Shown: positions 16,771 to 26,066, counted from the first letter of the stretch. The stretch is 64,000 bases of DNA from Minisyncoccia bacterium (GCA_038326985.1 JBBQKQ010000001.1:5943-69942); one strand, 5' to 3'. Numbers and translations: made by a program. Notes: generated by a model not told the origin, from the letters alone.

Positions 16771-17274
16771 TTACATCCACCCGTCCTCTGGAATACTCTC
16801 TAAGTTATCTTTCATTAACATACTTAATTTTTCGTCTGTTACCTCTTCTTCCTCAAGATTTGTAGTTAACAACCCTACTATGTCAGTCAAATTTAATGCT
16901 GTAGCTTGATCAATAGCACACAAATACATTGACATTTCATAATGCTCTACAGCTCTGGCAGAACTCGCTAACATCATATCTTTTATATTACCCATATCAA
17001 ACTCTTCTAATGTCTTATGGGCATCGGAAATAATACCTACTATTCCATCAACAGGCTGTTTGGTTGCGTTTTCCCCTAGAATTTTAAAAATTTCTTCTAA
17101 ACGACTTATGTGCAAAGCCGTTTCTTTCAAATGTTTTTCAAAACCCTCTTCCAAATCTACATTATTTGCAGCGTGAGCCATTTTTGGTAATGCCCTCTCA
17201 ATTTCATTTTCAATAAAATAAAGTTCTTGAATTTTTATAATAAATGCCATTTTAAAATTGTTTGCTTGTGTCAT
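16771..17274 (-). CDS. ferritin-like DUF892 (YciE/YciF-type) protein
   Basis: 167 aa, all-helical. LYFIENEIERALPKMAHAA...HLKETALHISRLEEIF is typical of YciE/YciF. Confidence 0.75.
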   Translation of the reverse strand: MTQANNFKMAFIIKIQELYFIENEIERALPKMAHAANNVDLEEGFEKHLKETALHISRLEEIFKILGENATKQPVDGIVGIISDAHKTLEEFDMGNIKDMMLASSARAVEHYEMSMYLCAIDQATALNLTDIVGLLTTNLEEEEVTDEKLSMLMKDNLESIPEDGWM

Positions 17275-17383
17275 GTGTTTTTTATTTTTTTATAATCTCA
17301 AAATAATTAAAAATAATTAATTTTAAATTATTAACTTATTACTTGGACGTATAAAATTAAAAAAAATTTCAATATTTTTTGGG

Positions 17384-18265
17384 TTAGCTTATTATTTTTA
17401 TAAATTCATCCATAAGCAATTTATTTCCACCTATTATTACAATCCCTATTTTGTCTACTTTTTCTGTTTGAACTTTTACGTCAAGTAATTCTGGAGTAGC
17501 TTCGACGTGGTATGTTAGGTCATTCTTTTGGTAAAATCCCTTCATTCTATAAATATTTTTTTCTTTCATGTATTTGTAAGCATTGTCAGGATTAAAATTA
17601 TTTAAATCTGACCCAGTTAAAACTCTCACAAAATTTTGACCATGATGTACTTCACTATTTACTTTTAAAGACCATTCCCTAAATGTTTGATTTGTATTTT
17701 TCATAAGTCTATCTATCCATCTGTCGTCATTTAAATTTTCTTTAATTTGAAAACTTAATTTTTTATATTTTTCTTTTATTAAATTATCTAAATTTTGGTG
17801 CTCTCTAAAGGTTTTTAGTTCATCATATTTTGTGACTATCACAAAATCGGCAATTTCCAAATCATTTATATCTGTTCGCTCAATTCCAAGAGCATCGACT
17901 AAAAAAATACAGGCACCTATTTCGTATTTGTTCGCCAATCCTTCTTCTACTAAAATATTTATTAAAAGTTGGTTTAAAGAAGTTACACCTGAAGACTCAA
18001 TAACCACGTTTTCATAATCCTCATCTGCTACTCTTTTCAAAACGTTTACGAGCTCTTTTGGGTCACCACAACAAATACACTCACCAGCAAAAACTTTAAT
18101 TTGTTTTGGGTCAATATGAAGGCACATGTTATCTACCGAAAAAGACGAAACTTCGTTTTCTATAATGTAAAACTTACCTAGTTTTCCACTAGTTATAAGC
18201 TGATTAATTAGAGTTGTTTTACCAGAGCCTAGTGCACCGTTTATAAAATAAATAGTTTTTTTCAT
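17384..18265 (-). CDS. COG0523-family metallochaperone GTPase (CobW/ZigA/YeiR-like)
   Basis: 293 aa. P-loop GALGSGKTTL and the CxCC motif (ECICCGD). Sits immediately downstream of a Fur-family gene. Confidence 0.9.
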   Translation of the reverse strand: MKKTIYFINGALGSGKTTLINQLITSGKLGKFYIIENEVSSFSVDNMCLHIDPKQIKVFAGECICCGDPKELVNVLKRVADEDYENVVIESSGVTSLNQLLINILVEEGLANKYEIGACIFLVDALGIERTDINDLEIADFVIVTKYDELKTFREHQNLDNLIKEKYKKLSFQIKENLNDDRWIDRLMKNTNQTFREWSLKVNSEVHHGQNFVRVLTGSDLNNFNPDNAYKYMKEKNIYRMKGFYQKNDLTYHVEATPELLDVKVQTEKVDKIGIVIIGGNKLLMDEFIKIIS

Positions 18266-18273
18266 AGATTATT

Positions 18274-18726
18274 TTAAATATTAAAATTTAATGATTTATT
18301 TTTAAAACATTTTTTACACATTCCAAATAGTTCAATTATATGACTTGTCACAGCCTGAAAACTATCAACTTGTTTTAAAGCATTCTCTGAAAGTTTTTGA
18401 TAATTGCAGCCATGAAAATCTTCTACTTTCTTACACTCTAAACATATAATGTGATGATGGTCATATTTGTCATCTTTTAGTTCATAATAAGGTTGGCTTT
18501 CTTGAAAGTTTAGTTCAGAAATTACTCCTACATCTCTAAATGATTTTAGCATTCTATAAACTGTTGCTTGGTCAATATCATTACCAATTTCATGCATAAC
18601 CTGCTTAATATTTACAGGAAATTTTTGTTTTTTAAGGTGGCTTATCAAAAGTACCCGTGTGTCAGTTAATTTAAAACCTGCATCTTGTATTATTTTTTTA
18701 ACCTCTTCTTCTTTTATTTTTTTCAT
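18274..18726 (-). CDS. zur: Fur-family metalloregulator, probably Zur
   Basis: 150 aa. Winged-helix N-terminus, HHHIICLECKKVEDF and CKKC Cys pairs. Context: COG0523 and a divergent znuABC. Confidence 0.85.
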   Translation of the reverse strand: MKKIKEEEVKKIIQDAGFKLTDTRVLLISHLKKQKFPVNIKQVMHEIGNDIDQATVYRMLKSFRDVGVISELNFQESQPYYELKDDKYDHHHIICLECKKVEDFHGCNYQKLSENALKQVDSFQAVTSHIIELFGMCKKCFKNKSLNFNI

Positions 18727-18734
18727 ATTTTAAA

Positions 18735-19193
18735 TTATCCGTTCATTGCAGTTCTTACAAAAGTTTCGTATTGTTCTTGTGAAGAGCAATTATAATCTTT
18801 CATTCCACGAAACACACAAGTTGTAACTTCGCTTGGATTTGGACCTGGGTCTGCATCGTATGCCCTAAAAGTTGCAATTGTACGCTTATTTGTTATGTCA
18901 TATACATCATCCAAAAAATATTCTAGCTCGCCATTTTTCCAAGGGGTTAAAATATGAACTGAAATAAGACAGACTTTCCCTACGGTGTTAAAATGCCAAT
19001 CAGTTTCAATTGTTAGTGCTGATTTTTTATAGCCCTTTTGAGATATAAACTGATTTACCAATTTCTCGCAATTTATACTTGGATTTACTGCACTGACTTT
19101 TATATTTTTAGGTAACCCCAATACTAAAGTAGTAGAAAAAAAGAAAGTTGCCAAAAAAGTTATAGTATATTTATTCATAATTTTTACTTGCAA
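18735..19193 (-). CDS. secreted hypothetical protein (first gene of the zur operon)
   Basis: 152 aa. A signal-peptide-like N-terminus follows MNKYTITF (the likely start). No recognisable motif. Confidence 0.35.
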   Translation of the reverse strand: MQVKIMNKYTITFLATFFFSTTLVLGLPKNIKVSAVNPSINCEKLVNQFISQKGYKKSALTIETDWHFNTVGKVCLISVHILTPWKNGELEYFLDDVYDITNKRTIATFRAYDADPGPNPSEVTTCVFRGMKDYNCSSQEQYETFVRTAMNG

Positions 19194-19215
19194 ATTATTC
19201 GCATATAGTATATCA

Positions 19216-19224
19216 TGTAATAAT
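19216..19224 (+). promoter_or_regulatory. extended -10-like box (TGTAATAAT) 6 nt upstream of the znuA ATG
   Basis: Reads TGTAATAAT-AAATTT-ATG, with no SD. It lies in the 37-bp divergent zur/znuA intergenic region, where a Zur operator is expected. Confidence 0.4.
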
Positions 19225-19230
19225 AAATTT

Positions 19231-20166
19231 ATGTATAGTCAAAGACTTATATCAATTGTTTTAGGATTTATCATTATTGGAACATTGGCATATTTATTTT
19301 ATCCAAAAACCAAATCTTCTGTAAATATGGCAACAGATTCTTCAGGTAAATTTCTGGTTACTGCTAGTTTTTACCCGTTATATTTCTTTGCATCAGAAAT
19401 TGGCGCTGATAAGGCCAACGTGATAAATATCACACCAACTGGTGCGGAGCCTCACGATTATGAGCCTACAGCCAGAGATATAGTAAATATTGAAAAAAGT
19501 AAGCTGCTGATTTTAGTAGGGGACTCTTTGGAAACTTGGGGTAAAAAAGAGCGGGAAATACTTGACCAAACTAAAACAGAAATCGTAGTAGCTGGTGAAG
19601 GTCTTAGCACTCAAACGGTAGTAGAAGACGGGAAAACCGTAATAGACCCACACATGTGGCTTTCACCACCCCTTGCAATCCAAATGGTAAACAAAATTAC
19701 ATCTTCTTACATAAAGATTGACCCCGAAAATAAAGATTATTATTTGTCCAATTCAGAAGTTTTAAAAACTAAATTGTCTCAACTTGATGCAGATTATAAA
19801 CAAGGTCTTTCAACATGTGGGAAATATGATATCGTAACATCTCATGCTGCATTTGGATACTTAGCATCTACTTATAATCTCAATCAAGTTGCTATTTCAG
19901 GGCTCTCACCAGATGCAGAGCCATCGGGAAAACAACTTGCCAACATTACAAACTTTGCTAGAAAAAATAACGTTAAAATTATTTTCTTTGAGAGTTTGGT
20001 ATCACCAAAATTATCAAAAACAATTTCATCTGAAATTGGGGCTCGTTCTCTAGTTTTAGACCCTATCGAAGGCCTCACACCAGAGTCAATCTCACAAGGA
20101 AAAAACTATTTTTCAGTAATGCAACAAAACTTAACAAATCTGAAAATTGCGCTAGACTGTAAATAA
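19231..20166 (+). CDS. znuA: metal ABC transporter substrate-binding protein (ZnuA/TroA family)
   Basis: 311 aa. GAEPHDYEP, DPHMWLSP, HAAFGYL. Confidence 0.9.
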   Translation: MYSQRLISIVLGFIIIGTLAYLFYPKTKSSVNMATDSSGKFLVTASFYPLYFFASEIGADKANVINITPTGAEPHDYEPTARDIVNIEKSKLLILVGDSLETWGKKEREILDQTKTEIVVAGEGLSTQTVVEDGKTVIDPHMWLSPPLAIQMVNKITSSYIKIDPENKDYYLSNSEVLKTKLSQLDADYKQGLSTCGKYDIVTSHAAFGYLASTYNLNQVAISGLSPDAEPSGKQLANITNFARKNNVKIIFFESLVSPKLSKTISSEIGARSLVLDPIEGLTPESISQGKNYFSVMQQNLTNLKIALDCK

Positions 20167-20183
20167 CAAATATAAAAATAACA

Positions 20184-20927
20184 ATGTCTCATAGCAAAAC
20201 AAATCATTTAGAAAATATTGTTGAAATACAAAATGTTTCTTTTGACTTTGGGAAAAATGAAGTATTGAAAGATATAAATTTAAATATTCACAGAGGTGAC
20301 TATCTTGGTTTAGTGGGTGGAAATGGTGCAGGTAAAACAACCCTATTAAAAATAATTCTTGGACTACTAAAACCAACAACTGGTAAAGTGAAACTATTTG
20401 GAGAAGATATAAATGAATTTAAAAATTGGCAAAAAGTTGGCTACGTTCCTCAAAAAGCCACAAACTTTGATAATAACTTCCCTGCTACAGTTTTGGAAGT
20501 TGTTCTAATGGGGCGCTATGGAAGAATCGGCTTATTTAATATGGTGAAGGAAATAGATAGAGAAAAAGCCAAACAAGCCCTAATAAATGTTGATATGTGG
20601 GAGTTTAAAGACAAGCTTATCGGTGACCTTTCAGGTGGTCAGCAGCAAAGAGTATTTATTGCACGTGCCATAGCTTCCGACCCAGAAATAGTTTTTTTAG
20701 ACGAGCCAACTGTTGGAGTTGAACTACAAGTTAAGAATGAGTTTTACGAACTTCTTAAGAATCTTAATTCTAAATTAGAACTTACAATAGTTTTAGTGAC
20801 CCATGAAGTTGAAAATTTAATAAATAATGTTGACCATATTGCTTGTGTCGATAAGACACTTTTTTTTCATAACTCTGTAGACCAATATTTTAAAGAAAGC
20901 CACCCCATAATTCACCCACACTCATAA
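20184..20927 (+). CDS. znuC: metal ABC transporter ATP-binding protein
   Basis: 247 aa. Walker A GGNGAGKTT, signature LSGGQQQR, Walker B VFLDEPT. Confidence 0.9.
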   Translation: MSHSKTNHLENIVEIQNVSFDFGKNEVLKDINLNIHRGDYLGLVGGNGAGKTTLLKIILGLLKPTTGKVKLFGEDINEFKNWQKVGYVPQKATNFDNNFPATVLEVVLMGRYGRIGLFNMVKEIDREKAKQALINVDMWEFKDKLIGDLSGGQQQRVFIARAIASDPEIVFLDEPTVGVELQVKNEFYELLKNLNSKLELTIVLVTHEVENLINNVDHIACVDKTLFFHNSVDQYFKESHPIIHPHS

Positions 20928-20933
20928 AATTAT

Positions 20934-21737
20934 ATGTTAGAAATTTTTCAATATGGTTTTGCTGTTCGAGGATTAGAAGCCGGAATAATGATTGCTATCA
21001 TTGCTCCACTTATAGGTATTTTTCTAGTATTACGTAGATATTCTTTAATTGCCGACACTTTAGCACACGTTTCTTTGGCGGGAATTGCCCTTGGACTTCT
21101 GTTGAAAATAAGTCCAATTGTCACTTCACTTATTGTTACCATAATATCATCTCTTGGAATTGAAAAACTTCGCAATTCTAATAAAATATATGGCGAGTCT
21201 GCACTCGCACTTTTCTTATCAGGAAGCTTAGCTATTGCTACCATTTTGCTCAGCTTGGGAAAAGGATTTAACACTAATTTATTTAATTATTTATTTGGAA
21301 GTATCGTAACTGTTACAGAAATGGATTTATATACTATAGCATTATTAGGAGCTGTAGTCTTAGTTGTTTTATTTTTATTTTATAAGGAATTATTATTTAT
21401 TACATTTGATGAAGTATCCGCGCAAGTATCTGGAGTACCGGTTAAAACAATTAACACAATTTTAATTTTACTTTCTGCAGTAACGATAGCGATTGCAATT
21501 CCTATTATTGGAGTATTACTTATTTCAGCTCTCATTGTAATACCTGCAATCTCAGCATTACAACTAAAACAAAGTTTTATAAAAACAATTCTTTATGCAG
21601 AGATGATTTCCATATTCTCAGTTGTTACAGGAATATTCGGATCGTTTTATTTGAACCTATCTACAGGTGGTTCCATTGTGATTTTGATGTTAATAATTTT
21701 TGTAATAATATTAGTTTGTAAACCAGCACAATCATAA
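20934..21737 (+). CDS. znuB: metal ABC transporter permease
   Basis: 267 aa, multi-TM. Typical ZnuB/TroC pattern (LIADTLAHVSLAGIALG). Confidence 0.9.
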   Translation: MLEIFQYGFAVRGLEAGIMIAIIAPLIGIFLVLRRYSLIADTLAHVSLAGIALGLLLKISPIVTSLIVTIISSLGIEKLRNSNKIYGESALALFLSGSLAIATILLSLGKGFNTNLFNYLFGSIVTVTEMDLYTIALLGAVVLVVLFLFYKELLFITFDEVSAQVSGVPVKTINTILILLSAVTIAIAIPIIGVLLISALIVIPAISALQLKQSFIKTILYAEMISIFSVVTGIFGSFYLNLSTGGSIVILMLIIFVIILVCKPAQS

Positions 21738-21823
21738 TAAATTTAATGTAATAGTTAGTATTTTTTTGCGTCATAATATATAGAGGAAAATATTAATAAT
21801 TTAGTTTCCTAAAATAAAATAAT

Positions 21824-22012
21824 ATGCCAAAAAGATTAACAATAGAACAAAAATATAATGAAGCAATATATATGTATTTTATAAAAAATATGTCTATAGA
21901 TGAAATTTCTTCAACTGTTAAACTTTCAACAAGAACAGTAACAAAAAGAATTAAACTTGGATTATTTAAACTTACAAATATATTTAAAACTCAAGAACTA
22001 ATTTTTACTTAG
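21824..22012 (+). CDS. small helix-turn-helix protein (sigma region-4/LuxR-like)
   Basis: 62 aa. MSIDEISSTVKLSTRTVTKRIKLG looks like an HTH. Confidence 0.35.
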   Translation: MPKRLTIEQKYNEAIYMYFIKNMSIDEISSTVKLSTRTVTKRIKLGLFKLTNIFKTQELIFT

Positions 22013-22101
22013 ATTTACTTAGATTAGTAATTACTAAAGAAAATATTTTTCTAATATTTTTCTAAGTTGATAATATATTTAAAGTGTTATACTTTTAATA
22101 T

Positions 22102-22233
22102 ATGAAAAATATTAAATTGAACGAAGTAACTTGGCATTCCAAATCATTAGCATTTATTTTCTTAGTAATTTTATTCCCTATACTTACTTTCTATATCGGT
22201 ACCCTTTACCAAAGTACAAAAAATTTCCTTTAG
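22102..22233 (+). CDS. possible 43-aa single-TM peptide
   Basis: Manual ORF below the track cutoff: MKNIKLNEVTWHSKSLAFIFLVILFPILTFYIGTLYQSTKNFL. Confidence 0.25.
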   Translation: MKNIKLNEVTWHSKSLAFIFLVILFPILTFYIGTLYQSTKNFL

Positions 22234-22241
22234 TTTTTAAG

Positions 22242-22373
22242 TTATTTACTAGATTTTGATTTTCTTATACTTACTCCAGCTTCTGAAAGTGCAATAGCAA
22301 TTGCTTGTTCTTGGCTTTTAACTTTCTTATTGCTAGTACCAATATTTAATTCCCCCTCTTTCCACTCATGCAT
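22242..22373 (-). CDS. small conserved basic protein (MHEWKEGEL...QAIAIALSEAG family)
   Basis: Manual ORF below the track cutoff: MHEWKEGELNIGTSNKKVKSQEQAIAIALSEAGVSIRKSKSSK. It resembles a widespread small-protein family (MHEFKxGxL...QAIAIALSEA) that I recall as a DUF. The upstream in-frame stretch lacks a start codon. Confidence 0.45.
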   Translation of the reverse strand: MHEWKEGELNIGTSNKKVKSQEQAIAIALSEAGVSIRKSKSSK

Positions 22374-22461
22374 AACTTTTTTAATTTTTGTTTCTTTTTC
22401 ATATTTAAATACTTTGACGCTGGTGAGCTTTCATTCTTACAAAATAAAATAATATCCTTTC

Positions 22462-22470
22462 TGATATAAT
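22462..22470 (+). promoter_or_regulatory. extended -10 box (TGATATAAT) 6 nt upstream of the ung ATG
   Basis: Reads TGATATAAT-GTAAGT-ATG, with no SD. Confidence 0.6.
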
Positions 22471-22476
22471 GTAAGT

Positions 22477-23157
22477 ATGGAAATAACTTGGTCAGATATT
22501 TTAAAAGACGAGAAAGAAAAAGAATATTTTAAAAATGTTTTAGGTTTTTCACTTCAAGAAAGACAACTAGGAAAAGAAATTTACCCCATCAAAGAAAATG
22601 TTTTTAAAGCTTTTGAGCTCACTACATTTTCTAGTATTGAAGTGGTAATTTTAGGGCAAGACCCATACCACGGAGCTGGACAAGCAGAAGGACTTTGTTT
22701 TTCAGTACCTCAAGGTGTTCGTTTACCTCCTTCCCTTCAAAATACATTTAAAGAATTAGCGGAAGATTTTCATGATCTTAAATATCTAGAAAATATTAAA
22801 AATCAAAATGGTCACCTAGGTAAATGGGGAGAGCAAGGTGTATTTTTACTAAACTCGGTTTTAACAGTAGAAAATGGTAAACCTGCTTCACATGCAAATA
22901 AAGGTTGGGAAACTTTTACCGATGAAGTAATTAGAAAAATATCTGAACATAAAAGTGGAGTTGTATTTTTACTTTGGGGAAATTATGCAAAGAAAAAAGA
23001 AATTTTAATTGACAAAACCAAACATTTTATTTTAACCGCACCGCACCCTTCTCCATTTTCAGTTCATACTGGTTTTTTTGGTTGTAAACATTTTTCAAAA
23101 ACAAATCAGATTTTAAAACAACTTGGTCACAAGGAAATAGATTGGAAAATCAATTAA
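22477..23157 (+). CDS. ung: uracil-DNA glycosylase (family 1)
   Basis: 226 aa. GQDPYHG water-activating loop and the APHPSPFS motif. Confidence 0.95.
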   Translation: MEITWSDILKDEKEKEYFKNVLGFSLQERQLGKEIYPIKENVFKAFELTTFSSIEVVILGQDPYHGAGQAEGLCFSVPQGVRLPPSLQNTFKELAEDFHDLKYLENIKNQNGHLGKWGEQGVFLLNSVLTVENGKPASHANKGWETFTDEVIRKISEHKSGVVFLLWGNYAKKKEILIDKTKHFILTAPHPSPFSVHTGFFGCKHFSKTNQILKQLGHKEIDWKIN

Positions 23158-23164
23158 TTAAAAA

Positions 23165-23329
23165 TTAATTTGACAATTTAAATCCAAAATAAATTCCTAT
23201 TGCCCCACCTAATGCGCTTAAAAATATACCCCATAGTGAAAACATATCTGCTCCCCAAAGACTCGGAATGATGCTACCAATAGTAGACCCTATAAACATT
23301 GATATCCAAATTAATGATTTTGATGACAT
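23165..23329 (-). CDS. small two-TM membrane protein
   Basis: Only the C-terminal 54 aa of track ORF 23165..23506 (MSSKSLIWISMFIGSTIG...GIYFGFKLSN) are kept. The upstream part overlaps tRNA-Leu on the opposite strand. Confidence 0.45.
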   Translation of the reverse strand: MSSKSLIWISMFIGSTIGSIIPSLWGADMFSLWGIFLSALGGAIGIYFGFKLSN

Positions 23330-23409
23330 ATGATTATAATAGTAAAGCATGAAATTATAAAATATGCTTGTTGGATAATATAGTAAATTTAGGTATAATA
23401 CTCTTAACT

Positions 23410-23491
23410 GCCCAGGTGGGGAAATTGGTAGACCCACTACCTTGAGGTGGTAGCGCCTAATAGCGTGCTGGTTCGAGTCCAGTCCTGGGCA
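23410..23491 (+). tRNA. tRNA-Leu (GAG)
   Basis: Acceptor GCCCAGG/CCUGGGC. Anticodon stem CUACC/GGUAG, loop UUGAGGU. Long variable arm. T loop UUCGAGU. CCA is not encoded. Confidence 0.93.
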
Positions 23492-23504
23492 CAAGTATGT
23501 AAAC

Positions 23505-23537
23505 AAAAAAACCTCAACAAAAGTTGAGGTTTTTTTG
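23505..23537. terminator. bidirectional intrinsic terminator
   Basis: ACCTCAAC-AAAA-GTTGAGGT flanked by A6 and T6, between tRNA-Leu (+) and the convergent gene ending at 23546 (-). Confidence 0.8.
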
Positions 23538-23545
23538 TTTAGAAT

Positions 23546-23914
23546 CTACTTTTTTTCGCTGTAGAAAGCCGCGCCAAGAATAACAACACCAAGGAAAATG
23601 TGTAGCAAATGGTCAGCAGAGTTTGTTCGTACTAGACCAAGAAGATCTCCACCATTTGGAACTAACAAAAATCCTAGTAGTGCAATCAGTAAGTAAACAC
23701 CACCGAAAACTTTCATGGTCATTGTAGATTTTTCAGGTGAATTTTTAGATACATAAATGAAAATAATACCAGAAATCAAGTGAACCAAATCATGTAGAAG
23801 ATTTGTTTGGAAAAGTGCACTATCACTACCACCAACTATCGGGTTAGGTATAAAACCTAATAGCCCTACAGCTACGAACACTACACCAAGAATGAATAAT
23901 ATTTTTTTAGCCAT
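23546..23914 (-). CDS. DUF4383-like membrane protein
   Basis: 122 aa, 4 TM helices. LLHDLVHLISG and ADHLLHIFLG repeats are typical of that family as I recall it. Confidence 0.6.
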   Translation of the reverse strand: MAKKILFILGVVFVAVGLLGFIPNPIVGGSDSALFQTNLLHDLVHLISGIIFIYVSKNSPEKSTMTMKVFGGVYLLIALLGFLLVPNGGDLLGLVRTNSADHLLHIFLGVVILGAAFYSEKK

Positions 23915-23959
23915 AATAAATATATATATTTGTTATTAATTTTCGCTTTCAACTATTTT

Positions 23960-24112
23960 TTAATTTAGTTTACTCGCGGGATTATCCCCAACAATTTTTG
24001 CACTTTCTTTATACTCCATGTATTCTCCCACCAAAGAACCTACCAAAACTACGGCTGCAGCTATAAATATTATTATTTTTGTTTTACTACGTTTTAGGTG
24101 TTCGTTTATCAT
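23960..24112 (-). CDS. possible 50-aa single-TM peptide
   Basis: Manual ORF: MINEHLKRSKTKIIIFIAAAVVLVGSLVGEYMEYKESAKIVGDNPASKLN. Confidence 0.3.
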   Translation of the reverse strand: MINEHLKRSKTKIIIFIAAAVVLVGSLVGEYMEYKESAKIVGDNPASKLN

Positions 24113-24220
24113 ATTTTCTAAAGCTTTATATTTGTCTTACTAAATAGTATACCTTAGAATTATATTAATATATCTTGATTCAAAAAATAAAAGCTCACAT
24201 ATTGTGAACTTTATTTCAAA

Positions 24221-24637
24221 TTATTCCGCGGTTTCTAATTTAGCTGTATCAGTATTTTTGACAGTTTTGATAGCCTTTAGCTTCTTTCTAGTTTGTTTAG
24301 CAGCTTTTGTTCTTACGAAATATATCTTTGATTTTCTAACCCTGTTTGAACGAACAGTTTTAATAGCTTCTATGGCTGGTGAGTAAAGTGGAAATATTCT
24401 TTCTACTGCAATATCTCCTGAAAGTTTACGAACTGTAAATGTTGCTCCAGCCTCTGTTCCATGTTTACGTGCTAAACATAGCCCTTCAAATGCTTGAATT
24501 CTAAATTTATCTTGACCAGCTTTGTCTTTTCCTTCTTTTACTTTAGTGTCTATTTTCAAAAAGTCACCGGCTTTGAAATCCAATTTTTTTCTGGCATCTA
24601 CGTCTACTGTAGATAGTTTGATTGTTGTAGTTTTCAT
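24221..24637 (-). CDS. rplS: 50S ribosomal protein L19 (with a basic C-terminal extension)
   Basis: 138 aa. FKAGDFLKIDTKVKEG...RIQAFEGLCLARKHGTEAGATFTVRKLSGDIAVERIFPLYSP. Confidence 0.9.
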   Translation of the reverse strand: MKTTTIKLSTVDVDARKKLDFKAGDFLKIDTKVKEGKDKAGQDKFRIQAFEGLCLARKHGTEAGATFTVRKLSGDIAVERIFPLYSPAIEAIKTVRSNRVRKSKIYFVRTKAAKQTRKKLKAIKTVKNTDTAKLETAE

Positions 24638-24695
24638 AAAATTTTACTTCTGTCTGAATTTTTATTCTTATCGCGTAATTGTAACACAAATTAGG

Positions 24696-25526
24696 CTATA
24701 AAGCAAAAGCAAAATCTTTTGGAAAAGGTGACTCTATTTTTATAGTTTCGCCAGTTTCCGGATCTTGAAAAGCAATACTTTTTGCATGCAAAAGTTGATG
24801 AACTTTGTTTTTCCCAAATACTTCTTGTTCAAGTTTTTCATTTTTTGGTCCATACAAATGGTCCCCTACTATAGGGTGACCGATAGATTTTGTGTGAATT
24901 CTTATTTGGTGCATACGTCCACTTTCTGGTAAAAACGCTACTAAAGTTAGACGCACTCCAGCAAACACAAAACGCTTCACTACTCTATATCGTGTGAGCG
25001 ATGCCCTCTCTTCTCCACGAAATTTCTCTTCCCCTTCTATGGTAATTTTTACCACTTCTTTACGCCGAAAATCCGACCGTGAGCGAGCTATTGCATAGTC
25101 AATTATCCCAGTTTCGTTTCTCATATTACCAAACACAACCGCATAGTACTCTTTTTTAATTTTGTGTTCTGAAAACTGGATCTTTAAATTTTCGTAAGCA
25201 TCCTCTATTTTTGCTAACAGCAATACCCCGGAAGTATCTTTATCTAGCCTATGGACTATTCCTGGTTTTTTAATTTCTACTTCTTTACCGTTAACATTTA
25301 CAAAAGCATTTTCACCCACTTTAGCTAATTTTTTAAAATTTTTCAAAACAAAATCTGCAACTGTAAATTCCTCTCTTTTACCATCTTTGTGTACTGACAC
25401 TCCAGAGGGCTTATCAAGAGCAATAACATTTTTGTTCTCAAATAGAGTTTTAATTTTAATCTCTTTAATTTTTTTAAGAGTTATTTTTTTTACCTCTGTT
25501 TTTTTTGTAGTTTTTAGTTCTTTCAT
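24696..25526 (-). CDS. RluA-family pseudouridine synthase (second paralogue)
   Basis: 276 aa. HRLDKDTSGVLLLAK and GRMHQIRIH. Lacks the GC-rich elements seen in 3716..4504. Confidence 0.9.
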   Translation of the reverse strand: MKELKTTKKTEVKKITLKKIKEIKIKTLFENKNVIALDKPSGVSVHKDGKREEFTVADFVLKNFKKLAKVGENAFVNVNGKEVEIKKPGIVHRLDKDTSGVLLLAKIEDAYENLKIQFSEHKIKKEYYAVVFGNMRNETGIIDYAIARSRSDFRRKEVVKITIEGEEKFRGEERASLTRYRVVKRFVFAGVRLTLVAFLPESGRMHQIRIHTKSIGHPIVGDHLYGPKNEKLEQEVFGKNKVHQLLHAKSIAFQDPETGETIKIESPFPKDFAFAL

Positions 25527-25592
25527 TTACGTACATTCTAACATTAAAAAATACCATACACAATATGGCATTTTTTAAATATAGGTTGGGAA

Positions 25593-26066
25593 TTATTTAT
25601 TCATCATCCTGTCTTTGTGACAAGGCAACATAACAGACATTTTACCAGGACCAACTAGAGCAATAGCAATTGAACAAACTAAAAGTAATAGTTGAAACTC
25701 AAAGCCTCCAGCCATAGAGTTAAAACCTGCTTTTAAGTGTACGGTCGATATAGCAACTAGAAGTATTACGGCGAATAAACCACCTACAAGACGTGTGAAA
25801 ATTCCAAGTGCAAGAGCAATTCCTCCAATTAGTTCAATGTAGGCTACAAGATAGAACATCATAGCTCCAAATCCTAGACTTGCAAAAAATCCCAAAAATT
25901 GGTCAGGAGATTGAATCTTCTGCAATCCATGAAAAATGAAAGTCGCAGCAACTGAAAGTCGTATTAACAATAATGAGAGATCAAGATATTTTGAAGTATC
26001 CCCTGTACCACACATCATATTACACATTTTTATAGAATCCATATTTTTTGTTTTATTTACCCACAA
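25593..26066 (-). CDS. DoxX-family membrane protein
   Basis: 157 aa. LLLIRLSVAATFIFHGLQKI, 4 TM helices. The true start may be an internal Met. Confidence 0.75.
   Translation of the reverse strand: MWVNKTKNMDSIKMCNMMCGTGDTSKYLDLSLLLIRLSVAATFIFHGLQKIQSPDQFLGFFASLGFGAMMFYLVAYIELIGGIALALGIFTRLVGGLFAVILLVAISTVHLKAGFNSMAGGFEFQLLLLVCSIAIALVGPGKMSVMLPCHKDRMMNK

Noticed and set aside
22004-22027. Tandem 10-bp duplication TTTACTTAGA x2.4 at the end of the small HTH ORF
   Set aside because: It is a short, isolated slippage-type duplication overlapping a stop codon. There is no evidence of function.
23330-23506. Upstream part of track ORF 23165..23506
   Set aside because: It is antisense to tRNA-Leu (23410..23491). 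Only the C-terminal 54-aa membrane peptide is plausible.
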